From: a virus
IMG/VR virus record: IMGVR_UViG_3300025030_000068
Span: 25,929 to 89,928 of that record
Direction: 5' to 3' (one strand)
Length of the DNA stretch: 64,000 nucleotides
Shown piece after piece: positions 8,937 to 18,873 of this stretch. The position numbers and the translations under genes are program-made. The first letter of the stretch is position 1. The number at the start of each line of letters is the position of its first letter. Below the pieces are notes generated by a model, which made no database searches, had not been told where the DNA came from, and worked only from the letters and a program-made list of their open reading frames with translations.

Positions 8937-9539
8937 ATGGTCTCTTTGAGTGGTGTCGTCCATGATCTTCGTCGTCAATCTGGTCTCGGTCTGCGCGAGC
9001 TTTGCCGCAAAACCGAGCAGACCGGGAGTCTCTCAGGGCCGTTGTCGATCGCCTATCTTTCTCGGATTGAAAATGGCGGTGTGCATAACGATCTGTCGAA
9101 GGTCTCGATTGACAAGCTCTGGGCGCTGGGGGTCGCTCTCTCTGTCGACCCTCTCCTCCTCTTCGTCCTCAAGGCCGAGCTGCCAGCGAAGTATCTCGAT
9201 CATGAGACGCGGAAGTCGCTCTTCGATGTTCGCGATGTTCCCGACATGCGCTTCGGCGAGTACGTCCGCAATCTTCGCCATGCACTAGACCTGTCGCTGG
9301 CCGATGTTTCGAAGGCGGCCAAGGTCGACCCGGCTCGCTTCGGCATCTCTCCCGGCTATCTGTCTCAGGTCGAGACGGGAGACGACGACCTTGTTTCCAA
9401 GGTGACCGGCGAACGGTTGTGGGCTCTGGGCTGCATCTACCGGGTTGATCCTCTGGCACTCTTTTGTCTCAGTCGCGGCATAACACCGTTGCTGGTTGCT
9501 CGCTATCGCAACTCCCTGTTTGGTAAATTCTCGCTTTGA
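8937..9539 (+). CDS. XRE-family repressor with two tandem HTH domains
   Basis: Internal duplication YLSRIENG...KLWALG...VDPLLLF and YLSQVETG...RLWALG...VDPLALF. Confidence 0.8.
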   Translation: MVSLSGVVHDLRRQSGLGLRELCRKTEQTGSLSGPLSIAYLSRIENGGVHNDLSKVSIDKLWALGVALSVDPLLLFVLKAELPAKYLDHETRKSLFDVRDVPDMRFGEYVRNLRHALDLSLADVSKAAKVDPARFGISPGYLSQVETGDDDLVSKVTGERLWALGCIYRVDPLALFCLSRGITPLLVARYRNSLFGKFSL

Positions 9540-9569
9540 TATAGGAGACGGATGTGATACTCTCCGGGC

Positions 9570-9833
9570 ATGAGTGATCGTGACCCGGAGTACCGTGCTT
9601 TTATCCGGCAGCAGCGTTGTCTGTGCTGCCCTGCTCCTGAGTCTATTCATCACCACCAGCCGCGTCGGTTTCATGGCTCTACCAGCATGAAGTGCTCCGA
9701 CTATCGCTGCGTTCCCCTCTGCTACATCCACCATGACGAGTTCCATCGCACCAGTTGGCCGTTTTACGCCAAGTATGGCATCGACGTCGAGGCCGAGATC
9801 GCCCGGCTCAATGCCCTCTATTTTTTTGCCTGA
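9570..9833 (+). CDS. DUF968/HNH-like nuclease-domain protein
   Basis: YRAFIRQQRCLCC...HHH...SDYRCVPLCYIHHDEFH. Confidence 0.7.
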   Translation: MSDRDPEYRAFIRQQRCLCCPAPESIHHHQPRRFHGSTSMKCSDYRCVPLCYIHHDEFHRTSWPFYAKYGIDVEAEIARLNALYFFA

Positions 9834-9922
9834 CGTGTTCCCCATATCGAAACCACCAGTTAGCGTCGGTTTCTTTTCATGATTGAGCAGCTTTGTCTGC
9901 CAACACCCCACAGGAGGTTCCT

Positions 9923-10291
9923 ATGTCACAACCAGAAAAAGTGTCCCTTGCTACCCTACGCGGTGGCGCCGCCGTCGAGCAGTTCGATGCCGAATTGCTT
10001 CGTGTCCTTGAGAATGTCATCGACATCAATACCGACGGCAAAACGCGCACCGTCACCCTCGCCGTCAAGATCACCCCGGACAAGAATCGCAGCTTCTGCA
10101 CTGTCGAGGTCTGCGTCTCGTCCAAGCTCCGCCCGAATGAGTCGTTTGAAACGCAGATGTATCTTGGCGTGCAGAACGGCCTGCCGTTCGCGATGGAGCA
10201 CAATCCGGAGCAGATGACTCTAGAGTTAAATTCGCAGGTGACGAAGTCGTCACTTCCCGTTATCCAATTTCCCATTGCCAAGGAGAACTAA
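9923..10291 (+). CDS. conserved phage hypothetical protein
   Basis: GGAAVEQFDAEL..VLENVID.NTD motif; AGGAGG RBS. Confidence 0.65.
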   Translation: MSQPEKVSLATLRGGAAVEQFDAELLRVLENVIDINTDGKTRTVTLAVKITPDKNRSFCTVEVCVSSKLRPNESFETQMYLGVQNGLPFAMEHNPEQMTLELNSQVTKSSLPVIQFPIAKEN

Positions 10292-10294
10292 CCG

Positions 10295-11014
10295 ATGTTG
10301 AAGGCCGCTATGGATCTGTTGTTGTCGCTCAAGACCCCGCCAACCATTAGTATTGATGATCGGACCTATTCGACTCTTCCCCTGTCACCGTGCAAGGAGC
10401 CAGCTCCGCCTAGAGTAGTCTTGCACTCCCTCTCTGGCCTGCGGGATTGCATCAAGGGGTTCAAGACCCGTGATCGGTCGTTGGTCGATCGCGACTTTTT
10501 CGTGTCGATCGACTCGCCGACGTGTGTCTCTGTCGTCAGTACCTGTGAGGGCGACTTCAACGAACGTTTCACCTTGGTACAGGCGACCACAGCGCATGAT
10601 GATTTTCCGTTCGGTCGTTACATGGAGCAGGAGGAGTTCGTCATCGCTCTTCAGACGATGTTCGTGCAGGACGATGCGCTTCGAGCTGTCCTTGGTGTCG
10701 CCGGCAATCTTTCGGCAGCAACGGATGTTAATGTTCAGGACGACGGCGTGACCCAGAAGGTCACGGTGCAGCTCGGTGTCGTGCAGAAGGCGGTTGTATC
10801 CGTCACCAATCCGGTCACGCTGAAACCGTACCGGACCTTCCTTGAGGTGGAGCAGGCTCCGTGCCAGTTGGTTTTGCGCTTCAAGAAGGGTCGTGATGGC
10901 GGGGCTCCTTCGTGTGCTCTCTTCGAGGCCGATGGCGGTCTGTGGAAGATCAAGGCGATGGAGAATTGTGCGGCGTGGCTTTCTGATAATGGCGTTGCCG
11001 ACGTCCTTTGCTAA
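10295..11014 (+). CDS. conserved phage hypothetical protein (usual partner of the preceding gene)
   Basis: DDGVTQ...NPVTLKPYRTFLEVEQ...LFEADGGLW motifs. Confidence 0.65.
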   Translation: MLKAAMDLLLSLKTPPTISIDDRTYSTLPLSPCKEPAPPRVVLHSLSGLRDCIKGFKTRDRSLVDRDFFVSIDSPTCVSVVSTCEGDFNERFTLVQATTAHDDFPFGRYMEQEEFVIALQTMFVQDDALRAVLGVAGNLSAATDVNVQDDGVTQKVTVQLGVVQKAVVSVTNPVTLKPYRTFLEVEQAPCQLVLRFKKGRDGGAPSCALFEADGGLWKIKAMENCAAWLSDNGVADVLC

Positions 11015-11034
11015 TCATCTCGTGATTGTTAACC

Positions 11035-11068
11035 GGAGCTGGTGTCGTTTGGCATCAGCTCCTTTTTT
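11035..11068 (+). terminator. intrinsic terminator
   Basis: GGAGCTGGTGTC/GGCATCAGCTCC stem followed by a T-run. Confidence 0.7.
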
Positions 11069-11083
11069 CTGGAGGTGTTTCAA

Positions 11084-11527
11084 ATGATGAATCAATGCAA
11101 CTTCATCGGTCGTACCGGCAAGGAGATTGAGCTGAAGTATACGCCTTCAGGCGATCCCGTGGCGACCGTCTCTCTGGCCTGTTCGGAATCGTGGAAGGAT
11201 AAGTCAGGTCAGAAACAAGAAAAGACGGAGTGGATCAATCTTGTTGTCTGGCGGAAGCTCGCTGAAATCATGGCGCAGTACGTCAAAAAGGGTGACTTGA
11301 TTTTCGTGTCAGGGAAGATGACGACTCGGAAATGGCAGGACAAGGACGGCAACGATAAATATTCCACGGAAATCGTTGTCAGCGATATGAAGATGCTCGG
11401 CTCCAAGGGCGACGGCGAGCGCTCGGCTGCTCCGGCCCGGACTGCGCGGGAGACAACTCCTGACCCTCATGGCAACAGCAAGTACGAAGAGCCGCCGTTC
11501 GATGCAGATCAAGAGATTCCCTTCTGA
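11084..11527 (+). CDS. ssb: single-stranded DNA-binding protein
   Basis: N..FIGR.G...ELKYT, TEW, acidic C-terminal EIPF. Confidence 0.95.
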   Translation: MMNQCNFIGRTGKEIELKYTPSGDPVATVSLACSESWKDKSGQKQEKTEWINLVVWRKLAEIMAQYVKKGDLIFVSGKMTTRKWQDKDGNDKYSTEIVVSDMKMLGSKGDGERSAAPARTARETTPDPHGNSKYEEPPFDADQEIPF

Positions 11528-11590
11528 TCTTGAAACCACCAGTTAACGTCGGCTTCTTTTCCCCTGTGAAGCGGATCGGATTTATCACTC

Positions 11591-11620
11591 TTGACAGGGA
11601 GCGGATTATTTTGGTATAGG
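11591..11620 (+). promoter_or_regulatory. sigma70-like promoter upstream of the replication genes
   Basis: TTGACA-18 bp-TATAGG; the -10 is covered by an operator-like copy at 11613-11626. Confidence 0.6.
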
Positions 11621-11645
11621 GAACACGTAAATAACGCGAACGGGA

Positions 11646-11740
11646 GTGACGGCCTGTAACGCGATGAGTTTTCGGGATGTCTAATCCCGGAAGGCCCATG
11701 CTCCCCGGCGTCCGTCACCGCCGGGGGGTATGGGTTTTTC
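11646..11740 (+). promoter_or_regulatory. structured leader/attenuator upstream of the replication initiator
   Basis: 17-bp hairpin 11694-11735 with T-run; loop CCGTCAC is complementary to GTGACGG at 11646-11652. Confidence 0.6.
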
Positions 11741-11813
11741 ATTTTCTGGAGGATTCTATGGTCCCTCATCTTATTGGTGGCTGGACAGATCATTTCACTG
11801 CCGGAGGTATGTC

Positions 11814-12731
11814 ATGGCGAGAATAAGAACGATCAAGCCGGAGTTTCCTCAATCCGAATCAATGGGCCGCGTTTCGCGAGACGCTCGGTTGCTTTTTATT
11901 CTTCTCTGGACACTCTCCGACGATGCCGGGAGGTCTCGCGGAAATTCGCGAATCCTCGCGAGCCTTCTTTTCCCTTACGATACTGACTCGGTAGAGTTCA
12001 TCGACGGTTGGATCGGTGAGCTTGAGGCTGAGGGCTGTGTTCTTCGCTACTCTGTTGGTGTGTCAACCTATATCCAGTGCCTTAACTGGCTGAAACATCA
12101 AAAGATTGACAAAGCCTCTCCGTCCAAACTTCCTGCCCCTCCTGAAAATTCGTTTCCTCCTCTCGATGTTTCGTCTCCTCCTCGCGAATCCTCTCCTCCT
12201 CCTCGCGAGCCTTCGTCGTGGGACCTAGGACCTAGGACCTTAGAACCTAGGAAGGGAAAGGAAGAGGAGCAGAGCAGCGTGCGCGATAATCTTTTTCCTG
12301 ACGTTTGTGGTTGTGTTCGTGACGCGGTTCGCAAGGTCCAGCTGAGTGCTAGGGACCTGGACACCATCCGTCAGTGGCTGACAATGTTTTCCGAGCCGGA
12401 AATCTTTTCCGCTTGTGTCATCTGCCAAGAGCGAGGCGGGACGTCTACTGCCTATATCGACGCTATCCTCCGCAGTGAACACGACAAAAAACCTTCTACA
12501 CCTCCTCCCGCCGACTCTGAGCCCGTCGATCCCAAGTGGGAGCGCAAGTACAAACCCCACTACCCTCGTTCAAACGGGATGCTGCTGAACGTCGTCGAAC
12601 TTGCCGACGAGATCGAGCGGGTCATGGAGTCGTCCCGCACATGTCGCGAAAATATTCTTGATATCGCCGCAAGTCATGGCTGGGGCGACATCTCCTGCCA
12701 TCTGGAGGCATACAATGCCAAAGCCGTCTGA
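11814..12731 (+). CDS. phage replication initiator (O-like)
   Basis: MARIRTIKPEF...DDAGR...W.KHQKID N-terminal domain; precedes DnaB; internal repeats. Confidence 0.8.
   Translation: MARIRTIKPEFPQSESMGRVSRDARLLFILLWTLSDDAGRSRGNSRILASLLFPYDTDSVEFIDGWIGELEAEGCVLRYSVGVSTYIQCLNWLKHQKIDKASPSKLPAPPENSFPPLDVSSPPRESSPPPREPSSWDLGPRTLEPRKGKEEEQSSVRDNLFPDVCGCVRDAVRKVQLSARDLDTIRQWLTMFSEPEIFSACVICQERGGTSTAYIDAILRSEHDKKPSTPPPADSEPVDPKWERKYKPHYPRSNGMLLNVVELADEIERVMESSRTCRENILDIAASHGWGDISCHLEAYNAKAV
12155..12260 (+). repeat. putative iteron/origin repeats inside the initiator gene
   Basis: TCTCCTCCTCGCGA-type repeats, then GGACCTA-like x4 and a purine-rich tract. Confidence 0.55.
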
Positions 12732-14034
12732 CCTGATTCAGCAATCGATCATCGGTTGCCTACTGCTGTATCCTGAAGAAGTCGAACTTGTCACGTCGAT
12801 CATTGCCCCTGCTGATTTCGTCAGCGAGTTGCACCGCACCGTTTACTTGACCATTCTCGAAAATCCGAAGTGCGATTTCGTCGCGCTCTCCCCGAAAATG
12901 AAACCGATTGTCGGAAGCGCAACGCTTAGCGAATGGATGGATGCTGAGTTTTCCGCTTCTTACCTCCCGCAATACTGCCGGGAGTTGAAGGAGATCGCTC
13001 TCAAGGAGAAGCTCTGGACGATTGCCTGCGAGGTCCGCAACGGTTGCGAGTCGATGTCGAGCGCTGCCCTTCTGGAACTTATCGAAAAAGGCTTGGCCGG
13101 CCTCTCCCTGCAATCGAAGGTCGAGCCGAAGACGATGCGGGAGCTGTGCCTGTCGGCTTCCGCTGAGTTGGAGCGTCGCTATCACGGAAAGGAACTCTCC
13201 GGTATCCCTTATGGTCTTACTGGTCTGGATGCCGTGACAGGTGGTTTGCATCGCGGCGACATGGTCGTCGTTGCCGGTCGTCCGTCGATGGGAAAGACTG
13301 CCTTTGTCGGCAACATCCTCGAAAATGCTGCAAAGAAAGGGCACCGTGGGCTGTCGTTTTCCATCGAAATGCCGGCGATGCAGTGCATGGATCGCTTGCT
13401 GGCCAGTCAGTCCGAGGTCAGCTTGACGCGGATTCGCAAGGGCGACATCGAGGATCGCCATTGGTTAAAAATCATGAAGGGCTTCGAGTCGATGCATACC
13501 CTTCCTCTGCTGATTGACGACTCTCCGTCGATCTCTCTGGCGGAGATCAAGTCCAAGGCACGAAACGCCAAGCGCAACGGCGGTCTTGATTTGATCGCTG
13601 TCGATTACCTGACGCTAGTTAAGGTCGAAGAACGCAAGGGCGAGTCACGGACGCGGGCCGTTGGCGACATTTCGCGGGGCTTAAAGGCTCTGGCTCGGGA
13701 GCTGGACGTGACGATGCTGGCGATTGCTCAGCTCAACCGTGGTGTTGACAGCCGTCAAGACAAGCGCCCGGCGATGTCTGATCTTCGCGACTCCGGGGAG
13801 ATTGAGCAGGATGCCGACGTGATCCTCTTCCCATTCCGGCCTGCTGCTTACTGCGAAAAGTGCCGAGACAAGATTGTGGACGCTGGTCACAACTGGCAGA
13901 CGCACGCGGCAGAGGCGGAGATTATTGTCGAAAAACAACGCAACGGTGAACGCAACGTCTCCATCCAGTGCGCATGGAATGGCGGCTGGCAGCGATTCAG
14001 CGACAAGGAGGTGGTCTATGGTCCGGGAAATTAA
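12715..14034 (+). CDS. dnaB: replicative DNA helicase
   Basis: GRPSMGKT Walker A, SIEM, VDYL, AQLNR, SDLRDSGEIEQDAD, KQRNG. Confidence 0.95.
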   Translation: MPKPSDLIQQSIIGCLLLYPEEVELVTSIIAPADFVSELHRTVYLTILENPKCDFVALSPKMKPIVGSATLSEWMDAEFSASYLPQYCRELKEIALKEKLWTIACEVRNGCESMSSAALLELIEKGLAGLSLQSKVEPKTMRELCLSASAELERRYHGKELSGIPYGLTGLDAVTGGLHRGDMVVVAGRPSMGKTAFVGNILENAAKKGHRGLSFSIEMPAMQCMDRLLASQSEVSLTRIRKGDIEDRHWLKIMKGFESMHTLPLLIDDSPSISLAEIKSKARNAKRNGGLDLIAVDYLTLVKVEERKGESRTRAVGDISRGLKALARELDVTMLAIAQLNRGVDSRQDKRPAMSDLRDSGEIEQDADVILFPFRPAAYCEKCRDKIVDAGHNWQTHAAEAEIIVEKQRNGERNVSIQCAWNGGWQRFSDKEVVYGPGN

Positions 14035-14271
14035 GCGGCTAGAGGCAGAGGTCGCTCGGCTGGAGTTGGCTCTGGCAGAAACTGAAAAAATGTGGCGCGT
14101 GGAGAGGAGGGCTCGTTTGCTTGTTGAAAGTGTTCCCTTTGTCAAACAGAAATCTATGGTGGGCGAATTCTTTGCCCTGTTTGGCGGCATTTCTCATGCG
14201 CGTCGCGGTGACGGCATGGGCTTGCACCCCTGCGACCCTCAAAATCGATTTCTTGGGAATGGTGGGCGCTG

Positions 14272-14682
14272 ATGATTAAGCTACCCGTACCGAATGAAGA
14301 CGAAGAGCAGGCGTCGGTGATCTCGTATCTTCTCTTTCGCAAGAACAACCTCGGCGACCGTCTGCGCTGGCACCATAGTCCGAATGGCGATGGCCGGGAG
14401 AAGAGGGTTGGTCGCAATGGTAAGCGTTATTGCCCGTCAGGGCAACGGCTCGCCGCACAGGGGACGTCTCCGGGCTTCCCAGATCTGGTTGTGTTCCTTG
14501 ATGCTCCCGGCGACGTTGTCTTCCAGGTCGCTATCGAAATGAAGCGCCGCAACGGGCGGCCATCGGATGTGAAGCTGGAGCAGCGGGAGTGGTTGTCGTT
14601 CCTCTCTCTCTGCGGTTGGCAGACGCGGGCCTGTTTCGGTGCCCAAGAAGCTATTAATTTTCTCCGCGAGTGCGGGGTTTGA
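14272..14682 (+). CDS. VRR-NUC domain nuclease
   Basis: EEQ...HSPNG...GFPDL...IEMKR...Q..W. Confidence 0.85.
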   Translation: MIKLPVPNEDEEQASVISYLLFRKNNLGDRLRWHHSPNGDGREKRVGRNGKRYCPSGQRLAAQGTSPGFPDLVVFLDAPGDVVFQVAIEMKRRNGRPSDVKLEQREWLSFLSLCGWQTRACFGAQEAINFLRECGV

Positions 14683-14693
14683 AAGGATGTTTT

Positions 14694-15656
14694 ATGACTG
14701 GAAAGGAGTTGTACGAGGGACGCTATTTTCATCGCAACCAGGATCGAGATTGGGCGTTTACCCGGCTGGACAAGATCAGCGACAATCAGGCTGCATTCAT
14801 CACCAAGCTGTGCGAGCGCGACGGCACATGTGGAACCGGCGGCCGTGGGATTGACTTCGGCGGATGGTCGGCTTGGTCATCTATCGTCACCGCATTGAAG
14901 CGCAAGGGCGTCTTGAAGGAAGAAGGCGGCAAGCTCATCTTGATCGAGGGCGAGCCGATTCCTTACGTGGAGCCGATGCTGCCAAAGCCCTACATGAAGG
15001 TCCAGCGCGTGTTGCTGGATGTGTTTGATGGCGAGCAGGTGTCGGTGCAGAACCAGTGGCTTTGGCTGGACCCGCGTGGCGATATGGAGTTTCTCGTGAT
15101 CCTGCCGCTGGAGATGGCGCAGGTGCTACCTGAGTCGAGCGAGCGGACCACAATGGCCGCCGGCTGCTTTTGTGCTCATGGCAAGGTGTCGAAGGAGGCA
15201 ATCAACCGTGCCTCGACGCTCTCGCGTGAGTTTATGGCGGTTCGCTCCGGCGTGTCGCGGCAGGTGCTCTTGATCGAGTTCGAGACGGAGATTAAAGATC
15301 CAGGTGAGCAGTATTACTCGAAAAACGGATTGATGTTCAGCTACAAGCGGATGCTCTATTTGGGTACTGGATTTCTTTATCTTGAATTGCCGGACGGCTC
15401 TCTGCGGCAGGCGAAGCATGTTGGAGACTTCGATACCTCCATCGTTAAGGCCAAGCTGGCCACCGACAAAACGGTGATCATCGATTATACCCCGGAGCGC
15501 GAGGTCGCTCTGGAGTCCCTGCGGATGCGGCTGGTGAATGCGGCTACCGATCTACAGCGCATTTTAACCGCCGACAACTTTGTGTCGGCCATCGACAGTC
15601 ACGGTCCGCGTCTTCTGAAGCTGGGCTCGACTAGCAAGAAGGGAATGGCGTCATGA
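14694..15656 (+). CDS. hypothetical protein
   Basis: 320-aa ORF with RBS, coupled to the next gene. Confidence 0.6.
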   Translation: MTGKELYEGRYFHRNQDRDWAFTRLDKISDNQAAFITKLCERDGTCGTGGRGIDFGGWSAWSSIVTALKRKGVLKEEGGKLILIEGEPIPYVEPMLPKPYMKVQRVLLDVFDGEQVSVQNQWLWLDPRGDMEFLVILPLEMAQVLPESSERTTMAAGCFCAHGKVSKEAINRASTLSREFMAVRSGVSRQVLLIEFETEIKDPGEQYYSKNGLMFSYKRMLYLGTGFLYLELPDGSLRQAKHVGDFDTSIVKAKLATDKTVIIDYTPEREVALESLRMRLVNAATDLQRILTADNFVSAIDSHGPRLLKLGSTSKKGMAS

Positions 15657-16450
15657 GTAAAAAAGGGTTCGATGCCGCCCGCTCCGGTAGCGGGACGAAA
15701 GAGTGGGCCGAGGTCACGGAAAACATCCAGCGCGGCTGCGCCAATAATTGCCTGTACTGCTATGCCGCTGCCAATGCGGCTCGCTTCCATCTCTGCTCCC
15801 GCGAGGACTGGCCCAATGAGGTCTTGACGAAGCGGGCGCTCATCACCTCCTACCCGGCCCGTGAAGGGGTTGTCATGTTCCCCTCGTCGCACGACATCAC
15901 CGCGTTCAACGTCGGCGCCTACCTCCGGGTTGCCCGGCTGATTCTGGAGAAGGGCAACCAGCTCCTGATCGTCACCAAGCCTCGCCGGGCCATCGTGAGT
16001 AACCTCATGGATATCCTTGCGCCGTGGCGGGAGCAGATTCTGTTCCGCTTCACCATCGGGGCTCTTGACGATCGGCTCATTTCCCTCTGGGAGCCGGGGG
16101 CGCCGTCGTCGCTGGATCGCCTTGATTCGTTGAGTGATGCCGAGGATCGGGGCTTTGCCCGCTCGGTGTCCATCGAGCCGATGCTGGCTGGCTACGACGA
16201 GACGATGCGTGTCGTCGAAAATGTCTTGGCGATGAATCCGGAGACGATCTGGATCGGCAAGATGAACAAGATGTCCTTGCGGGTGGTGGACCAGTCGGAC
16301 GAGGTCCGCGCGGCGGTCGCCTTGCTCCGCGAGCAGCAGTCGGCACCTGAAATCATGCGTCTTCATGCGGCGATCCATCTCGTTCCCTCGATCCGCTGGA
16401 AGGATAGTATCAAGCTGGTCTTGGCCGAAGCGGCGGGAGGTGCAGAATGA
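15653..16450 (+). CDS. radical SAM protein (phage DUF5131/SplB-like)
   Basis: GCANNCLYCYA CxxxCxxC; IVTK; VSIEPML. Confidence 0.8.
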   Translation: MSKKGFDAARSGSGTKEWAEVTENIQRGCANNCLYCYAAANAARFHLCSREDWPNEVLTKRALITSYPAREGVVMFPSSHDITAFNVGAYLRVARLILEKGNQLLIVTKPRRAIVSNLMDILAPWREQILFRFTIGALDDRLISLWEPGAPSSLDRLDSLSDAEDRGFARSVSIEPMLAGYDETMRVVENVLAMNPETIWIGKMNKMSLRVVDQSDEVRAAVALLREQQSAPEIMRLHAAIHLVPSIRWKDSIKLVLAEAAGGAE

Positions 16451-16710
16451 GGCTCGAAGATATCCCTGTTCGCCGTATCGGCAGCACGATTCTCGGTCTG
16501 GGGGTTGTCGGCTGTTTCTTTGTCGGCTTGTCGTTCTGTGTTAATCTCCTTTCCTGCAACAACTTCCACCTGATTGTTTTCGGTGAATCGCACTGGCTGA
16601 TAGACGGGCTTTTCTCCGCTCTTATTGTCTGGGGAGTCTGCGGGCTCTGGGGGATTCTCGTTTGGTGCTGGGAAGTGACCGATCCAAAGAAAGCCGAGGT
16701 GAAGTCATGA
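16447..16710 (+). CDS. two-TM membrane protein
   Basis: Two hydrophobic segments; ATGA overlaps at both ends. Confidence 0.6.
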   Translation: MRLEDIPVRRIGSTILGLGVVGCFFVGLSFCVNLLSCNNFHLIVFGESHWLIDGLFSALIVWGVCGLWGILVWCWEVTDPKKAEVKS

Positions 16711-16994
16711 TCTTCGTCAACACGACCACCGGCCATAGCCTCTTGAGCCGGGAGGAATTCGAGAAGCAGTTCGGCCAGCTCCCCTCGTCCTCTGGTCCCC
16801 ATATCGAGGAGGGCCGGCGCCTCTCTGCCGCCCGTAATGCCGCCGACATTTCCATGCGCGAGTTGGCCAAGGCCGTCTCTGGCTGGACGATGCTCACCGT
16901 CTCGGATATCGAGCATGGCCGCACCGAGATCACGCCGATGATCCGGGCTGCTTACCAGAAGACGATTTCTGCGAAGAAGGTTGGTGGCAAATGA
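16707..16994 (+). CDS. XRE-type HTH protein
   Basis: LSAARNAADISMRELAK...VSDIEHG. Confidence 0.7.
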   Translation: MIFVNTTTGHSLLSREEFEKQFGQLPSSSGPHIEEGRRLSAARNAADISMRELAKAVSGWTMLTVSDIEHGRTEITPMIRAAYQKTISAKKVGGK

Positions 16995-17311
16995 CCCGCT
17001 CGGAAGCGCAAAGGTTGCGGCGTGCAAGGGAAGCGAAGAGAAACCCGCGTCTTGGCCCGGACGACATCACTCGTTTCAAATGCCGCAAAATGTTTGGACG
17101 AAGCGCCAAGGCGGTCATCTTGGGAATGGCGCTAGACGGGTATAGCGGGACGACGATTGCCGGTGCTCTTGGCGTTAAATTCCGCAACTTAAAAATGTGG
17201 TGTGAGGATTGGGGCCATCCTGAAATCTGCTCGCATACGCCAGAAAAGCGCAGCCGCGCCGTGGTTCGGGCGTGGGCTGAACGATTGTCCGACGGAATTT
17301 GTTTGCCTTGA
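16991..17311 (+). CDS. HTH-containing hypothetical protein
   Basis: GYSGTTIAGALGV..RNLKMW. Confidence 0.5.
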   Translation: MTRSEAQRLRRAREAKRNPRLGPDDITRFKCRKMFGRSAKAVILGMALDGYSGTTIAGALGVKFRNLKMWCEDWGHPEICSHTPEKRSRAVVRAWAERLSDGICLP

Positions 17312-17340
17312 GTGTTCCCCTTATCGAAAGGAGTTGCGCC

Positions 17341-17703
17341 ATGACGCAGCCTGATTTGTTCACCGCTCCAGTCCTCTCTGACGACCAGTCCGCTATTTAT
17401 CGCTGCATCGAATCCCGCAAGGGGAAGGCTCTGGCTATCTCCGCTGCCGAGATCGTCCGCCTCACTGGTATTGCCGATCGTCGCTCCCGTGCGCTGGTGA
17501 AGGAGTTGGTCGAGGACCACGGCCTGCCGATCGTCTCCTGCCCCTCTGGGTTCTTCGTCCCGGCCACCGAGGAGGAGATCACCGCAGCCTATCGCCAGTC
17601 GGTGTCGTGGGCGCTGTCGCTGCTGCACCGGGCCAGCTGTTTGAAGCGATCGACCGATCTGCAGCGGATCGTCGGCCAGTTGCGGCTGGAGGTGGCGACA
17701 TGA
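17341..17703 (+). CDS. winged-HTH protein
   Basis: ISAAEIVRLTGIADRRSRALVKEL...GLPIVS...GFF. Confidence 0.6.
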   Translation: MTQPDLFTAPVLSDDQSAIYRCIESRKGKALAISAAEIVRLTGIADRRSRALVKELVEDHGLPIVSCPSGFFVPATEEEITAAYRQSVSWALSLLHRASCLKRSTDLQRIVGQLRLEVAT

Positions 17704-17954
17704 AGTGGCCGGTTGGGAAGTATAACGGCAGGCGCATTGTTGGGCTAGAGATCGACGCAAAGGTCCGCGTCAACGTCTGGTACTGGCGGCCTCGCTGGTT
17801 TACCTACACCTCTCGCATTGCCTGGCTCTGCTTCATTGTTTCGCTGGAGTGCGTCTACGACTGAAACCACCACTTAAGCGCGGTTTCTTTTCCTATATGA
17901 AGGGACGGCTGTCCCTAACTCTCATTTGCCTGCGGGCAGCAGAAAGGTTTTGCC

Positions 17955-18635
17955 ATGAACAACATTCTTTATCTCGATATCGAGACCATCCCCGATCAGA
18001 CTCCCGGTGCTCTGGAGGCGATTCGCGCCTCTATTGAGCCGCCCGGAAACATCTCGAAGCCGGAAACTATCGCCAAGTGGATGGAGGAGAACGCCGTCGC
18101 GAAATCTGAAGAGGCGTGGCGCAAGACTGCGCTGGACGGGAGCAAGGGGGAGGTGGTGGTTGCCGGCTGGGCGTTTAATGATTTTGTGCCGCGCCGTGTG
18201 ATTCGCGACTCGCTTCGTCCTGGCGACGAGAAGCGGCTGCTGTTTGACACCTTTGAGTCGATCCTGATGGAACTGGAGACGCTTCCAGATGCCCCTCTTA
18301 CCATTGTTGGTCATTGCGTCAAAGACTTTGATCTACGTTTCCTCTTCCAGCGGGCGGTCATTGCCGGCGTTCGCCCGACCTTTGACCTCGGCGTCGGCCA
18401 GCGCTATCCGGCTCATATCTACGACACCATGACCGAGTGGGCAGGATGGGGCAATCGGATCTCGCTGGCGAATCTCTGCAAGGCACTTAATGTCCCGGTC
18501 AAGCAAGGTGGCATTGACGGATCGATGGTTTGGGATTTGGTGAAATCGAATCGCATCGTTGAGGTGGCGGACTATTGCTGTACCGATGTTGTTGCGGTCC
18601 GCGAGTGTCACCGCCGCATGACCTTTGCGGGGTGA
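17955..18635 (+). CDS. 3'-5' exonuclease (DnaQ/PolB-exo-like)
   Basis: LDIET (ExoI), GH.VKDFDL (ExoII), YCCTDV (ExoIII). Confidence 0.85.
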   Translation: MNNILYLDIETIPDQTPGALEAIRASIEPPGNISKPETIAKWMEENAVAKSEEAWRKTALDGSKGEVVVAGWAFNDFVPRRVIRDSLRPGDEKRLLFDTFESILMELETLPDAPLTIVGHCVKDFDLRFLFQRAVIAGVRPTFDLGVGQRYPAHIYDTMTEWAGWGNRISLANLCKALNVPVKQGGIDGSMVWDLVKSNRIVEVADYCCTDVVAVRECHRRMTFAG

Positions 18636-18639
18636 GACC

Positions 18640-18873
18640 ATGACCATTCCCGAACTCCTCCGCGATATCAATCAGCATCTGGCGCCGACCGAGATCATCG
18701 GCGTGCGCTATGCCGAGTTCCCCAACGAGGAGACGGAGTGCTTGCGCCGTCGCTGGACGCTGGTGACGACGATGGGCGCTGCTCCTCGACATGTCCGGGC
18801 TTTCGACCACTTCTTTTCCCGTGAGGGCTGCATCGCTGCCCTGCGCGGTATCAGCTCCTTCCTCGACCGTTAA
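18640..18873 (+). CDS. hypothetical protein
   Basis: Short ORF in operon orientation. Confidence 0.45.
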   Translation: MTIPELLRDINQHLAPTEIIGVRYAEFPNEETECLRRRWTLVTTMGAAPRHVRAFDHFFSREGCIAALRGISSFLDR

